The notes under the pieces: model-generated
The model's input: only the letters and a program-made list of their open reading frames with translations
The model's database searches: none
What the model was told of the DNA's origin: nothing
In this document: positions 51,301 to 64,000 of the stretch, piece by piece
Layout of the letters: the number at the start of each line of letters is the position of its first letter
How positions within the stretch are numbered: position 1 is the first letter of the stretch
DNA from: Thalia democratica
Taxonomy: Eukaryota
DNA: 64,000 bases
Direction: 5' to 3'
Assembly (NCBI GenBank): GCA_965202585.1
Contig: OZ241830.1
Location: 29,450,001-29,514,000 of the forward strand
Position numbers and translations under genes: made by a program

Positions 51301-53219
51301 TTTAAAGAGCAACAACATTGACCTAGGAAAGTTTCAAATTCAGAATAATCAGGATATTAATTTTCCTTTTTCAAGTTTAAGATTTATCAAGATAAAATCA
51401 GTCTAATCTTATAAACCTCAAGATGGGTCAGTTAAGTTTGTAGTTTTATAAAAGACCCTGAACAGTTATAAGAATTTTTTAAAACTTCTTTATAATTTCT
51501 CAGTTTTTCATAATGTTTATCTATTCATCATTAGTTATGTTATTATATATATACAAACTGTTCAAAAACTTGATTTTTAATTTGGATAGTTAATTTGAAA
51601 AAAAAATAATTTTTGTAAGATATTTTTAATAATGTTTGAAAACTGGTAATAGCTCAGGATAGTTTTAAGTCATTATGGATAGTTTTTTATGTTAAATATG
51701 GAAATCATGTTAAATGTAAAATTTACAAGGACTTGAATTATTCTGTTAAAACCAAGTATAGTTTGATTCTCAACACAAGTAAAATAAATATAACTAAAAA
51801 TAAATGAAAAATCTAGAACTTAAGGAGTTTTGTAAAAAAATTACTTAAAATCTTTGAACTTAAAACATTTTTCTCATACTAAGTAGGAAAAAGATTGACT
51901 TCCTAGAGTCTTTCTTAAAGTCTATCATTAAAAAGAAAAAAGTCTAAAAATAGATTCACTTAATAAATTTTAATATAATTAATACAGTTTTTAAACCAAA
52001 ATTTACAACTGTGTTTTAATAAAGGCTTGATTAGTGAATATTAAAATAACAGTAGGGTATAAAAGCTTAAGGTCACTACAATAAAATGTAGCTGGAATAG
52101 ATCAAAGCAACAGTATCAAAATAAGGTTGATTAAATGTTAGAATTTCAGGATAATTTAATTTTTTTTTAATCTCAGGGTAGCTTAAGCTAATTTTTTTTT
52201 GTCTACTTAAAATGAATCAGAGCACTATGATATTATTTAGAAATCCTTTTATTTTCTAGTCATGATTAGGTTTTGTTGTTCCTTACACTATTGTTTGATA
52301 TTTTACAGCCAAAATGCTTATATAACTCAAAATATTGAAAAATTTTAGATATATAAAAAATATATTTATTGATTATTTATAGCATTAAAAAAATCATGAT
52401 GACTCAGTACAGTTTAAGTAGGACATATTTTAGCAAGATCTACACCCTCTAGATACCCAATACAATTATAATTATTCAGAAATCTCAGGATTACCCAGTT
52501 TAACTCAGGCTTGGTTAAGTTTCAGATCAGTTTACTTAACAGTACATATTTTATAGGTGTTTATTTTAGTAGCCATTTTTTATATTTACTTTCTGTTTTA
52601 ATAAATTTTTTCCACTTAACTAACTCGTTTAAAATAAAACAAGCACCATTGGTCATATTTTCATTTTTGCAATTTTCCTTTGTTATTTAAAAATTTTAGT
52701 ATGTAAATTATACACCTAGAATCCTGGATAAACCTTGAAATTTAAAACTTAGAAAATAACTACACAAAAAACCTAATATGTTAAACTATTTTTACATGTT
52801 AAACAGTGAAACTCAGATTTGAACCCAAAAAATCTACTATAAAGATTTTTTTATCATAAAACATATTTTTTGTTTAAAAACACATTAAGCTTTACAGCAT
52901 CTTAATGTTATTACACTAATTATTACAGCTTTATACCTTGGACTTCACTTTAAACAGAAAATAGACAAAAATCAGGTATTTTCAAAAGCCTGGAAAAAGT
53001 TCTGATAAGATTTTTAAAAATTCTCAAAAACCGGTGGACATCCAGATATAACTAATTTTTAAAAATTTAGGATATAAGTTGCATTTGTGTACTACTTAGA
53101 TCAATTTTAAACCAAAAAAATATATAAAAATCAAAACAAATCATGTGTTTTGTCATTAAATATAGAGTTTTTTGAACATTTTTTAAACAAGGTTTTATGT
53201 TTGCAGATATAGTTTTATA

Positions 53220-53450
53220 ATGTTTTGCTTACTACTAGAGATTTTTGGAAACCTTCCTAGACTGTTCTTCCTCAAACTAGTTCACACCTTTAGTCCAACG
53301 ATGTTCAGATACATGGTCCTAATTGAATTCCTTGTTCCCTTGATATTCTTGAGTGCAGTAGGATTATTTCTCTACTTCCTCAACAAATTGCTAACCGAAT
53401 CCAATGGCCAAGTGATTCAAAGTACCGCCGAAATGGTTCAAATAAATTAG
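53220..53450 (+). CDS. Putative small membrane protein (76 aa), copy B
   Basis: Paralog of 29253-29504 with an in-frame 21-nt deletion. Acceptor, ATG, stop and AATAAA are conserved. Confidence 0.45.
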   Translation: MFCLLLEIFGNLPRLFFLKLVHTFSPTMFRYMVLIEFLVPLIFLSAVGLFLYFLNKLLTESNGQVIQSTAEMVQIN

Positions 53451-56178
53451 TAAATAGTTGAATTGTTTACAGATAATCTTGTTTGTCATTAATAAACTTT
53501 TAGATTTAAATGAAAAATTGTTTTTCTTTTTATTCTTAGAGTGTGTTTCACTTTATTTTAAAATACAGATAGAGTGAACTGCTTCAAATGAAATAATATA
53601 AGTATAGCTAAATATTTACAACTACAATTTTTAAAAGGTTTACTAAATTTAAAATAGTTAGCAAAACTAATAAGTATATGATAACAGAACTAAATGTAAA
53701 ACTACTACTTAAATCTTTATAATATGAGTTTTTTTTTTAAATTTTATAAACTAACATTCACATAGTAGAGTACGTAGTAAAGAAACCGCATTGTGATCAA
53801 TATAGATGTAATTGTTTTTTTAATTCTTTAGGCAAATGCAAATTTTCTTATAAAATTAAGTCTTTCAAATGTATCTAATGGTTTAATAGGTTTATGAGTT
53901 ATAATTTATCCTTAACCGTATTTTACTATAAGAAATATATTTAAGTATACTTCTTAATTTACTTTTACTGCAAATTGTTTGTTATTGCTTTTACTTCATT
54001 ATTTTTTTAATTTTAGACACTTTTCATCATAGACTTGAATTACTGTGCGACTCCCAATATTTTTTCCAACTAGAGATTTATTTCTATTGTTAGAAAAAAT
54101 TTTGACAGTAGAATTTTAAAAATTCACTTCAAAAAAAAGATTTATATAGATAATGCTGATACTTCATTATTTTTTAAGTTTCGACAGTAATTTTAGACAG
54201 TTTTCAGTATAAGATTAAATTACTGTGCGACTCCCAATAACTTTTCCAACTTGAAATTTATTTCTATTGTTAGAAATAAAAATATATTTACAGTATTCAC
54301 ATTCGCAGTAAAATTCTAAAAATTATTACAAAAAAAAAATTATAAAAAATCTAAATATAACTCCCGAGCCGACTTTGAACGTTTTCCACAACTGTTGTAA
54401 AACAAAAAAAAAGTATTTCTAAAACGAGCTTATGCTTCAATTTAAGTTTATTTTCAATGTTACTTATTATTAGGGACCGCACGTAGCAAGGAATTTTGTA
54501 TCTCTTTAAAATTAAAATAGTAAAAAGATTGTTACAATTTTTTTTTATCCGTTAAGCTGTGTAGTGAAAAATACTTAAATTTTTATTCATTATGTTTCAT
54601 GTTTTCAGTATTATTTAGTACAATTCGTAACTTTAAAGTTATTAATAGATAAGTTAAGGTTTTGAAGATAAATGTCTCAAGGACAAACATTTTTTTAAAA
54701 GTTATTAAAAATATAGTAATCATTCGAAATAAAAATTTTCAAAAAAGTAGCGAAAGTAAGTATGAAAAGTGTCAAAAAATGTGACAAGTTAAACTAAGAC
54801 AATCATACCTCTATACAACATGTGTCGACAGATCAAAACCCTTTATATACAAAGTTTTGATGTGATTATATAGTCTTGAAACTACACAGGTATATCTATG
54901 TCTGTGTAACAACAATCAAATGAAAATGTTACTATTTTTTGTCAATAAAAAAGTTTTATGAACTTTAATGAATACTTTATTTTTGAATACATTTGGTTGT
55001 TAATAAATTTTAATTCTCATAAATTATAATTAGGTTAAATGTAGGCTAATCTAGTAAGGATAACTTAGTTTAAGAAAAAAATACCTTCAAGTAATTAGAA
55101 AATGTACAGCACATTTTCTTTTGCAGATAAAAATAAATAAATAAAAACTTTTTCTATGTTTTTAACTATTGATAGAATAAAAATAAATATAAAAAAATTG
55201 GTTAAAATTGTATAACAAAACGTATTCGCTGTTAAATTGTAAAAAATTAAAATAATTTTATTTTTGGCATTAATCAAATAATATCATGGTTGCCACGCAA
55301 AAATTTGTAAATTTAGCCTGACTTTTTAAGATTTTGACCGATTTTGTCTACCTTTATCTTCCGCGTAGATACCCGTTTTAAGTAAGCACTTACAGTTTAA
55401 TATATACTCTAGGTACGAGTACTTTGATAAACACGCATGTTGAGTACGTATATATTGAAAAATACGCATGTTGAGTACACGTATTTTAACAAGTACGCAT
55501 TTTAGTACGCACTTTTTACTCAGTACACAATTTTTAACCTGTTTAAAAAATTTCTGTCCGGTTTCTTTTTTATTAGAATAGCAATTCTTAACTAAAAACT
55601 TTCTTTTAAGTAGCTGCTGTATTTAGAATAAGTATATTAACAAAAGAGAGCTGTAATATTAAATTATTTGAATTTAAAAGCAAAACAAATAATATAAACT
55701 TAATTATAAAAAATAATGCACTAAACTAGCTAAACTTGAATTTCTTTGCAAACATACTCTAAAAGTCACTATGTGAAATGAGCTACAGACATTAAAATTT
55801 TGATTAAAATACTCAAACAAAATCATAATTAATTCTGCCAAAAAAAAAGTGGAAAAAAAAATTAAATATTTGTAGTTAACTTCGTTAAAAATGTTAAACA
55901 TATTTTAAACATATCATGATTTTTACGAGAAAAATAACCGTTATCTTACATAAAATGTTTCAATAAACCTTGCAAACAAAAAAGAACAAGGAAAACAAGA
56001 CAAGTATAACTAAAATTTAAAAAGGAGCATCAGGCTCTTTTGAAACACATTTTCAAAATTTATAAATTTTAAACTAATGTCCTATCTATGAAATAATGAT
56101 GAATTGAAATTATACTTAAGCAAAAAAAAACAGTTTTGAGTCCTAAAAGTAGTTTAAATAATGTAATAAAGTGTAAAC

Positions 56179-59134
56179 CAAGGTTTCCTAAAGTGGGCGA
56201 TATCGATCCCCTTGGGACCTTAACTAGTAAAGGGACAAAAGGGGCGAAAGGGGGGGGGGGGGCGATTTTAAAATTTTTGGGAGTCATTAAATGTTTACTT
56301 TTTGTCTTGCTATTTCATTAATTTTAATTTGCTTTAAAATATTTGACCCTGAGGTCTTATATTAAAGGTCTTATACTTAAACAAAACAAGTCGATTTTGT
56401 TTACGTGAAATAAAGTAAAAAATTAATTGCTTATGACTCCTATTTTTATGTAAATTACATAGCTTAATTTCTATCTTTTCTTCTATAACAACTACATAGG
56501 TCATAAACGATCGAAACCCCTCTCAGCACTTCATAACCTGACATATATGCTTAAAGGCTAATAAATAATTTGTAACAATCTATTTTATCTATTATTAACT
56601 TTCACCTCATGATATTTCCAACTGTTTTTTTAAAAGTAATTAGTAACAAAGTCACTTAGTTAGACTAAAAAGCAAAGCTAAACAGGGTTGCCACTTCACT
56701 TGGAAATCTAGAAAAACCTGAAAATTGACAATTTAAGATTAAATCATTTTAAAGAATTTCATTTAGAACATGTGAAAAAAATGTAAAGTTTTTCTAATAA
56801 CGACAAGACTAGAAAACGAAACAGTTTAAAATCACTAACATGTTTCAGAAATCTACACAAAGTATTGAAGATGGACAGTTAGCTTCTTACTATCTGTCTG
56901 TCATAGTTGCTAAACAAAGACTTTCTCACGTTATTGGAGAAAAAGGTTTATTCATGTCTTAAAAAAAGTTGTTGAAAAATCCATTCATTATAAAAACACC
57001 ATCAATTTTTTACGTTTTTTTTTCTAAGCAACAACTGTGAAAAGCCGTATAAATGAAATGTCAGAATGTGTTGAACAAAAGTTAGTTCGAATGATATGCA
57101 AAAATAATTTTTTTGATGCACGTTGACGAGTCAACATTTCCGGGGATTAAATAATCTTCCTCTTGTTTGCGTGCGTTAAATAATTGATGATACAACCTAC
57201 GAAGAACTAGCGTTCTCCCAACTAATAGAAACGCTGAGCACATAAAGACTGTGTTTGAAATTTTTTTTAAATATTTTGAAGTGAATAAGATACTTTCAAA
57301 ACATCTTAGAGGAATTGCAACTGATGATACTCCATCTACGATAGGAAAGTATCGTAAATTAATCACATATTTTTAAGAGTTAAACTTTGATATAGTTACT
57401 TTTCATTGCGTTATACATTGCAAAAAGTTAGTTGAAAAAAATTTGAGAGTCCGTTTATGCGACTCATTAAACTTAGTAATAAAAGCTGTCAAAAAATCAG
57501 AAGGCATACTTTACAAATTCGTCTGTAAAAACAGCTGTGAAATGACAATGATGAGGTTTTGATAATTTGATAATGCATACAGAAGCACAATATTTATCAA
57601 AAAAACACTGTCTAGAAAGGTATTTGGCTGTTTTTAATTCAGTTATTGATTTTTTTTCTGAAAAGGATAGACCAACGATCTGAAAAAAACTTTACAAGGA
57701 AAAAACTTGAACCTTGTGAAATTTAAAAGTAACCAATTTTAGACACCAACTTGAATTGTATGGAAGACATTTTTAAAATAATATGTTTTCACAGTTTGCA
57801 AGTTTAAAAACTTAAAAATTCAAACAAATGAAGGTGAAATAGAAGGATTTTTATCTTATCTGGAACAGCTTTAAGGTGAAATGGATGAACGTTTTACTAA
57901 CGTTTTTCAATAAAATTTTCCTTAGTTAATTATGGTTTCTTTCGAAGCAGATCATTTTGAAGTAAACGTTGCTTTACAGGAAACCATTTTAGACTTACAA
58001 ACTGACCTTGAACTTAGAGTAAATTTTTCAATAAAACGATATGAAAGCTTTTGGACTCAACAAAAACAAAGGCAAAAGTATCCGATCATTTGGGAGGAAG
58101 TTAGATTGTTGTTCATAGTTTTGACTGAACTTCTAGCTATGTTATTAAGAAAGCTTTCAGTTCAGTTATCAACAGCTTTAGCAAAATTCTAATCTAAACA
58201 ATTTAAAGGAGGAGACTTTAGGCTATATTTGACTGATTTAGAATCAGATATAGAAAACTTGCAAGTTCATGAAGCTTATCCTTCACATTAGATCAGACTT
58301 CAGTAGCAGACATTATCTTATGTAAGTTTGTTTATTTTATTTTAAAAACTATTCCTTATTTAACCTTCGTTGCATTGTACTTAAGTAGTTTTTTTATAAA
58401 AATTTAATAATAACAATTTGCCTTGGACATGACGTAAAAAAATATCCGTGGTGTACTAATCGATAACCGAAAGGTATTTTGTGCACCAGATCTACCAAAA
58501 AAAAAGTGCAAATTTATATTTTCCCAAATTCAACTTAAATAAAGTCTAATTCTAACTAAGTTTTAATAAAACAAATGAAATTTGATATTCAATAGCTTAT
58601 ATAGATCAATTTTTTTAATCAATATTTTTTTTATGTTTTGTTGTTCACAAAGTTAACTGTAAAACCTTTAAGTTTTATTTTTTGAGTTTAAATAAAGAAG
58701 AAAATATTGTTAAAACAAAGGTTTTGTTTTTTAACGGTTATTCCAAGTCAAGTCAAGTTTTTAGTAAATATGGCTTGCTGACTACAAAACTCGTTACCAC
58801 TGACTTAAAGGATTCATTAGTTTCAAAACAATTCATCCTTAAACAGAATTGATTACAGATTACACAAGGCTAATTTCTTAATTATTTTAATAAACTTTAC
58901 TGGGCTTATAAGAAAACAACTGTAATTTTATTTTCTCAACCCTGTAAACTACTTTGAACACAGCTCAAAATTACGTGCATAAGAAGTACCAGACTAAATT
59001 ATACTTCGAACACATTTTTTTTTAATAAAAAGTGCGTACTCCAGAAAAAAATTACTTTATAAAACCATGAGGGGCTATTTTTTTTCAAATTTGTGAAAAG
59101 GGGGCGATTTAGTAAATGAGTTTTGGAAACCCTG
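56179..59134 (+). mobile_element. Second copy of the Buster-type hAT element (same TSD GTGTAAAC)
   Basis: TSD at 56171-56178 and 59135-59142. TIRs CAAGGTTTCCTAAA / TTTTGGAAACCCTG. Remnants VDESTF, ATDDTPSTIGK, FHCVIH and YPIIWEEV. Confidence 0.9.
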
Positions 59135-60119
59135 GTGTAAACAAATAAAATGTTTTTACCACAAATCATCAATAAAAAGATAACACAACAACTACTTATT
59201 CTAAACAGATTTAGTTTAACATGTATCTAGAAAAGTGGTTAAATTTAGTTTGGTTATGCAACCTTTTTTTTATATTTTAACATTTGAAGGTTTTGGAATT
59301 TGATGTATTTGTAAGTATATTTCAATGAAAATTTTGCAACTTTAGTCTGACACTCTGACTTTAAGATATATTTAATTAATTTTTGCCATTTTAAGGCTTA
59401 TAAGAGTAAACATTTTTTTACACTAGAATTGAAAAATTCTGACGCTTCGCAATGTTGTCCTAGAAAGTGACTTTTTCCTACTTTAACGTAAAATCTGACT
59501 TTCATTTTGACCGATAAAAAAAACTGACTTAGCTTGACCAGTGGCAACCCCGTAATATTCTGTAATGTTTTATGCCTGAGTGGACATTTACTTTATAGAT
59601 AGACGAATGAGTAAAATTTTACATTTATTAATGGTATTTCCAACTTCTAAAATTCATTAAGTTTGTAAATATGATATTGTCAGATTTCATACAATTTAAC
59701 TTTTTTTTTTATTTACCACAGTTAATTTTTGGCAAGCTTAGTAATTTTTTATTTACTTTTTAATTTTTTTTTTGATTTATTGACATCTCAATAAAACTAC
59801 CTAAACATATCAGGTAGTGTTTGTGTGCTTAATCAAGAAACAAAGAGTTTTTTGAAAGGTAAGTAAATTTCAAGTTTTAAATATATTATTGTATTTTACT
59901 CTTTTATATATATTTTTGATAAAGTACTCTTAAAGATAAAATATCTCTAAAGTAATTAAAGAAAAATAAATGATTACTTTTTTACTGTTATTTATAATTT
60001 TTATAAAAACTTTCAACGACTATTTCCTTAAAAGGAACCTTATGAAACAAATTTTACTGTCTAGAAATTTATTTTCAAAAAAATCCAAAAAAAAAAGAGA
60101 AATTTTTTTAAAACTTATT

Positions 60120-60546
60120 AATTAGACTGCAGAGCTGTTGAATGAACTAATGGTAATAATTTATTAAATCTAAGAACTTTTTAAGGTTTTTGCGGGCTAA
60201 CTTTACGGTTATTTAAGACGTCTGTTTCGTTGACACCCTGATAGTGACCAAGAAATTCAATTTTTAGTTTTCCAAAAGTTGACTTTGATATATTGAGAAA
60301 CAAACCGTTTTTAGATTATACATTTAATACTTTTTCACATTCATGGTGTGTTTATCTTCTTTTTTTTTTTTGAATAATTATTATTTCATTCAAATAGATA
60401 TATATAACACTTTATTAACCTCTTAGTAGGCTTTCCATTATGCTGTGAAAGCGCATGGGGGGGTCGTTTATTAACCCAAATTGACAACGAGACGGAATAT
60501 ATATTCCCTTGTGAGTTATTACAGCTGCATACTTTCTAGAATTACC
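60120..60546 (-). mobile_element. Gypsy RT fragment, copy C (truncated by the deletion)
   Basis: YAAVITHKGIY..RCQFGLINDPPMRFHSIMESLLRG (cf. FGLxNAPxxFQRxM) and KSTFGKLKIEFLGH. Confidence 0.8.
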
Positions 60547-63500
60547 GAATCCAATGGACGAAGTTATTAAGTTACTGGCCAAGTGATTCAAAGTACCGCC
60601 GAAATGGTTTAAGAAAATTAGTAAATAGTCGAATTGTTTACAGATAATCTTGTTTGTCATTAATAAACTTTTAGATTTAAATGAAAAATTGTTTTTTTTT
60701 ATTCTTAGAGTGTGTTTAACTTTATTTTAAAATACATATAAAGTGAACTGCTTCAAATGAAATAATATAAAAATAGCTAAACATTTACAAATACAATTTT
60801 TAAAAGGTTTAATTAATTTAATCTTGTTATCAAAACTAAAAAGTTATATGATAACAGAACTAAATGTAAAACTACTACTTAAATCTTTATAATATAAGTA
60901 TTTTTTTAATGTTATAAACTAACATTATTCACATGGTAGAGTACGTAATAAAAAAACCGCATTGTGACCAATATAGATGTAATTGTTCTGTTAATTCTTT
61001 GGGCAAATGCAATTTTCTTTTAAAATTATTTTTTTTAAATTTATCTAATGGTTTAATAGGTTTTATGAGTTATAACTTATCCTAAACCGTATTTTACTAC
61101 AAGAAATATATTTAAGTATATTTCGTATTTTATTTTTACTGCAAATAGTTTCTTATTGCTTTTACTTCATTATTTTTTTAATTTTAGACAGTTTTCAGTA
61201 TAACCTTAAATTACTGTGCGACTTCTAATATTTTTTCCAACTTGAGATTTATTTCTATTGTTAGAAAACATATTGACATAAATATAAACAATTCTAAAAA
61301 TATACTACAAAAAAGAGATTTATAAAAATATAAATATAACTCCCGATCCGGCATTAAAAGTTTTCCACAACTGTTGTAAAACAAAAAAAAAAGTATTTCT
61401 AAAACGAGCTTACGCTTCAATTGAAATTTATTTTCAATGTTACTTATTATTAGGGACCGCACGTAGCAAGGAATGTTGTATCTCTTTAAAATTAAAATAG
61501 TAAAAAGATTGTTACAAATTTTTCTTATTTTTATCCATTAAGCTGTGTAGTGAAAAACTTAAATTTTTATTCATTATGTTTGACGTTTTTAGTATTATTT
61601 AGTACAACTCGTAACTTAAAAGTTATTAACAGATAAGTTTAGTTTTTGAAGATAATGTCTCAAGGACAAACAGTTTTTTAAAAGTTTTTAAAAATATAGT
61701 AATAATTCGAAATAAAAACTTTCAAAAAAGGAGCGAAAGTAAATATGAAAAGTGTCTAAAAATGTGACAAGTTGAAGTAAAACAATCATACCTCTATACA
61801 ACATGTGTCGACAGATCAAAACCCTTTATATACAAAGTTTTGATGTGATTATATAGTCTTGAAACTACACTTTGTCTACAGAAAATTTCATATTCGAAAA
61901 TCTTACTGGCATGTGTTTGGGATTCTTATTCGCGTATGAAAAAAACAAACTGTCAAGTTTAACCGTAATTTATTCTTTACTTTCATTTCAAGAATAAAAC
62001 TTGTAACCACTTACAGTTATATATTTCACCACGAACAAGCAAATCTTTTTCTAGACCATAAACATATTTCGTTAACAACATAGTTATTATTAAGTTTTTT
62101 AATTTTTAATATCATGTTATTTTATTATTTATACACAGCTTTATGTTAAGTAAGAAAAGTGTCAGGCTAAAAATGTTTTATCTTGAAAAAAAAAATGGTT
62201 GTAAAGCAAATAGTCGAGTTTAACCATGGCTAGTAATTTGCAATTTTAACCTGTTTTAAGAAAGGTTGGACCTTGTTTTTGAAACAATATTTATATGATT
62301 TATTATCTAGTAGGACTTTGCTAATCTGTTTTCAATCTCAAACCAATATTTGTTAAATTCTTAATTAACATTTTACGAGTCAAGCTTAAAACTTACTCTA
62401 AAAGTTTCAACATAATATTTATGCATTTACAAAACAAGTTAGTTTTGTGTTGATGGTTCTTTTCACATAGTATAATTTTCAACTTATCTTAACTATAAAA
62501 TGTAAATAATAAGATTGTACCAACAAAGATAGAATTATTTAACATGCTTTCATTATTTTACTGACAAGTAGAAAAAGAGACAATACATAAAAAACTAAAA
62601 AGCATACACAGAGCTTACACTTAAAAGCTTAAATACCCTAATTATTATTATAACTTTAAAGTAAGAAGTAAAAGGATATTTCTGAATTTTATTAATGCTT
62701 TAATATTATCTCTTTTTTATAAATTTATTAGCTACATTCCATTATGTAAAATAACTTAAGTCCCATAGACAAACATTTCAAAAAAATTATATTAAAGTCA
62801 GGGGGTAAAGTTAATAAGTATTGTACTATAGTTTTATAGCTTTTCCTATACGGTTTAGTATCTATTTAGGACGTTCTTTTTTAAATGTTTTTAAAGTTTA
62901 TAAGTAAATATCTTTAGGCAACAACTTTTTAAGGTTAAACAAGTTATACTGATAAAAAGAAAGACGTTTTATATATAAAAACTAAATGTTTATTTTAGCA
63001 TAAATTTCAATAGTTGCTGAAGAATTTAAATTATGCTCCGTAGCATTTCTTTTAAAACATCTTTTTAATTTTGGTAAATACTATATCTCAAATCAATAGT
63101 TGAATGAGTAGGTTATTTAGTTAAATTATAAAATTTTCTACTGTCATGCTATAAAGTTTAAATGTTTTAAAATGCTTTTGAAAAGCACAAATTTTTTATT
63201 TTCATTTTGATAACTTTAAAATATTTATATATTTTTTTAAAATTTACGTAGCTTTCAAACTTATATTTTAAATACATTTTTACCATTTATCCATTTAAAA
63301 AACCTACATATTATTGATTAAATACAATTTGTAATATCTATCATTTTTAAGTAAACTGTACTTTACCTAATAACTTTATAGTTAAAACTAATATATTAAT
63401 TTGTAATGGGATTTTCCAGGTTTCTTTTAATTTCTCAAGTAATTTAATAAAACTATGAACAAATAAAAAAAAACAATTAAAATTTAGATAAGTCACTGTA

Positions 63501-63869
63501 AATAAACCTTACTAGGTGTATTAATTAGCTTAAACTTTTACTCCACGTTATTAAAATTTTTAGACAATACTTTTTTTTAAAACTTATAACAACTTCATAG
63601 CAGCAGCAGTTTGTTTAAAAAACAGTTTAGAAGAGTCTTCCAAACCAACCCAAATAATTATTACTCTTGATAGTTCTTAGTTTTAATTTTAGTCACTTCT
63701 TTGTGCGTGGAAGTCTGTGAAGCCTATAAAATTGTCAAGTTCACTGTTTTCACAGCATTCAAAATATTTTTTGTTGTTGTTAAAACTTATGATTATTACT
63801 GTCTTTTAGATTTTTGAACGGTATTTTGTGATATTTATGATAACAATAGCATTAGTAAATATCTTAAAA

Positions 63870-63989
63870 AGCTTTGTCCGGCTGAATCCGGTTATTGGAT
63901 CCAACAGATCACTAATTTAAAGTTCTACGGCCGTCAAGGATTTAATTTTTGAAGTTTTTCCTCCCGATCAAAAAAGTTGCCCGACCCTA
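63870..63989. mobile_element. Right terminus of a TAGGG-type hAT-like element related to 18208-20782
   Basis: Ends in GTTGCCCGACCCTA. The subterminal GCTGAATCCGGT/GGATCC motifs resemble 20690-20760. Confidence 0.5.
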
Positions 63990-64000
63990 GTATACATTGT

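Larger units (their letters stand above)
38516..54887 (+). repeat. Tandem segmental duplication unit 1 (~16.4 kb)
   Basis: At 54887 the sequence switches to a copy of 38516 onward (CA(A/G)GTATATCTATGTCTGTGTAACAACAA). Collinear homology continues at an offset of ~16.3-16.5 kb. Confidence 0.9.
54888..62675 (+). repeat. Tandem segmental duplication unit 2 with ~9.2 kb internal deletion at 60546
   Basis: 54888-60546 is homologous to 38517-44219. 60546-62675 is homologous to 53396-54887 and to ~29427-31575. Confidence 0.9.

Noticed and set aside
26561-52410. Repeated TGACTCA (AP-1-like) sites
   Set aside because: The copies arise from the duplications themselves; no independent evidence of regulation.
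56683-59552. CAGGGTTGCCAC … GTGGCAACCCCG as a TIR pair
   Set aside because: No TSD, and the interval crosses the boundary of the well-defined Buster element.
27622-61462. Numerous 60-120 aa F/L/I/K/N-rich ORFs in the supplied track (e.g. 27622, 30134, 38342, 45797, 49639, 55095, 61211)
   Set aside because: Compositionally expected in very AT-rich DNA, not conserved in frame between duplicated copies, no motifs.

Overview
AT-rich eukaryotic (animal-like) genomic DNA. The centrepiece is an orphan, degenerating 28S rDNA fragment (about 1.35 kb, minus strand, 8302-8721 plus 13887-~14815). It is split at the canonical R2 site by an apparently full-length, ~5.2 kb R2 non-LTR retrotransposon. The R2 ORF (C2H2 finger, RT, CCHC, REL endonuclease) has only two lesions. 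Its ~1.3 kb 5' leader and ~0.87 kb 3' UTR are unusually long and show strand-specific RNA structure: five tandem GNRA-type hairpins, a duplicated HDV-ribozyme-like core, three co-varying hairpins with the same 10-nt loop, and intron-like splice signals. Host genes: an intronless membrane-anchored calpain-like gene with two homopolymer frameshifts, a divergent three-exon TFIIA-gamma gene, and several small hydrophobic ORFs. The rest is a nested segmental-duplication landscape: a ~16.4 kb tandem unit at 38.5-54.9 kb, repeated from 54.9 kb with a 9.2 kb deletion, plus a further copy at 17.5-31.6 kb. It carries decayed Ty3/Gypsy and hAT (Buster/Charlie-type) elements, MITEs and 15-bp minisatellites. 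All alignments, translations and folds were done by eye, and no database searches were run.
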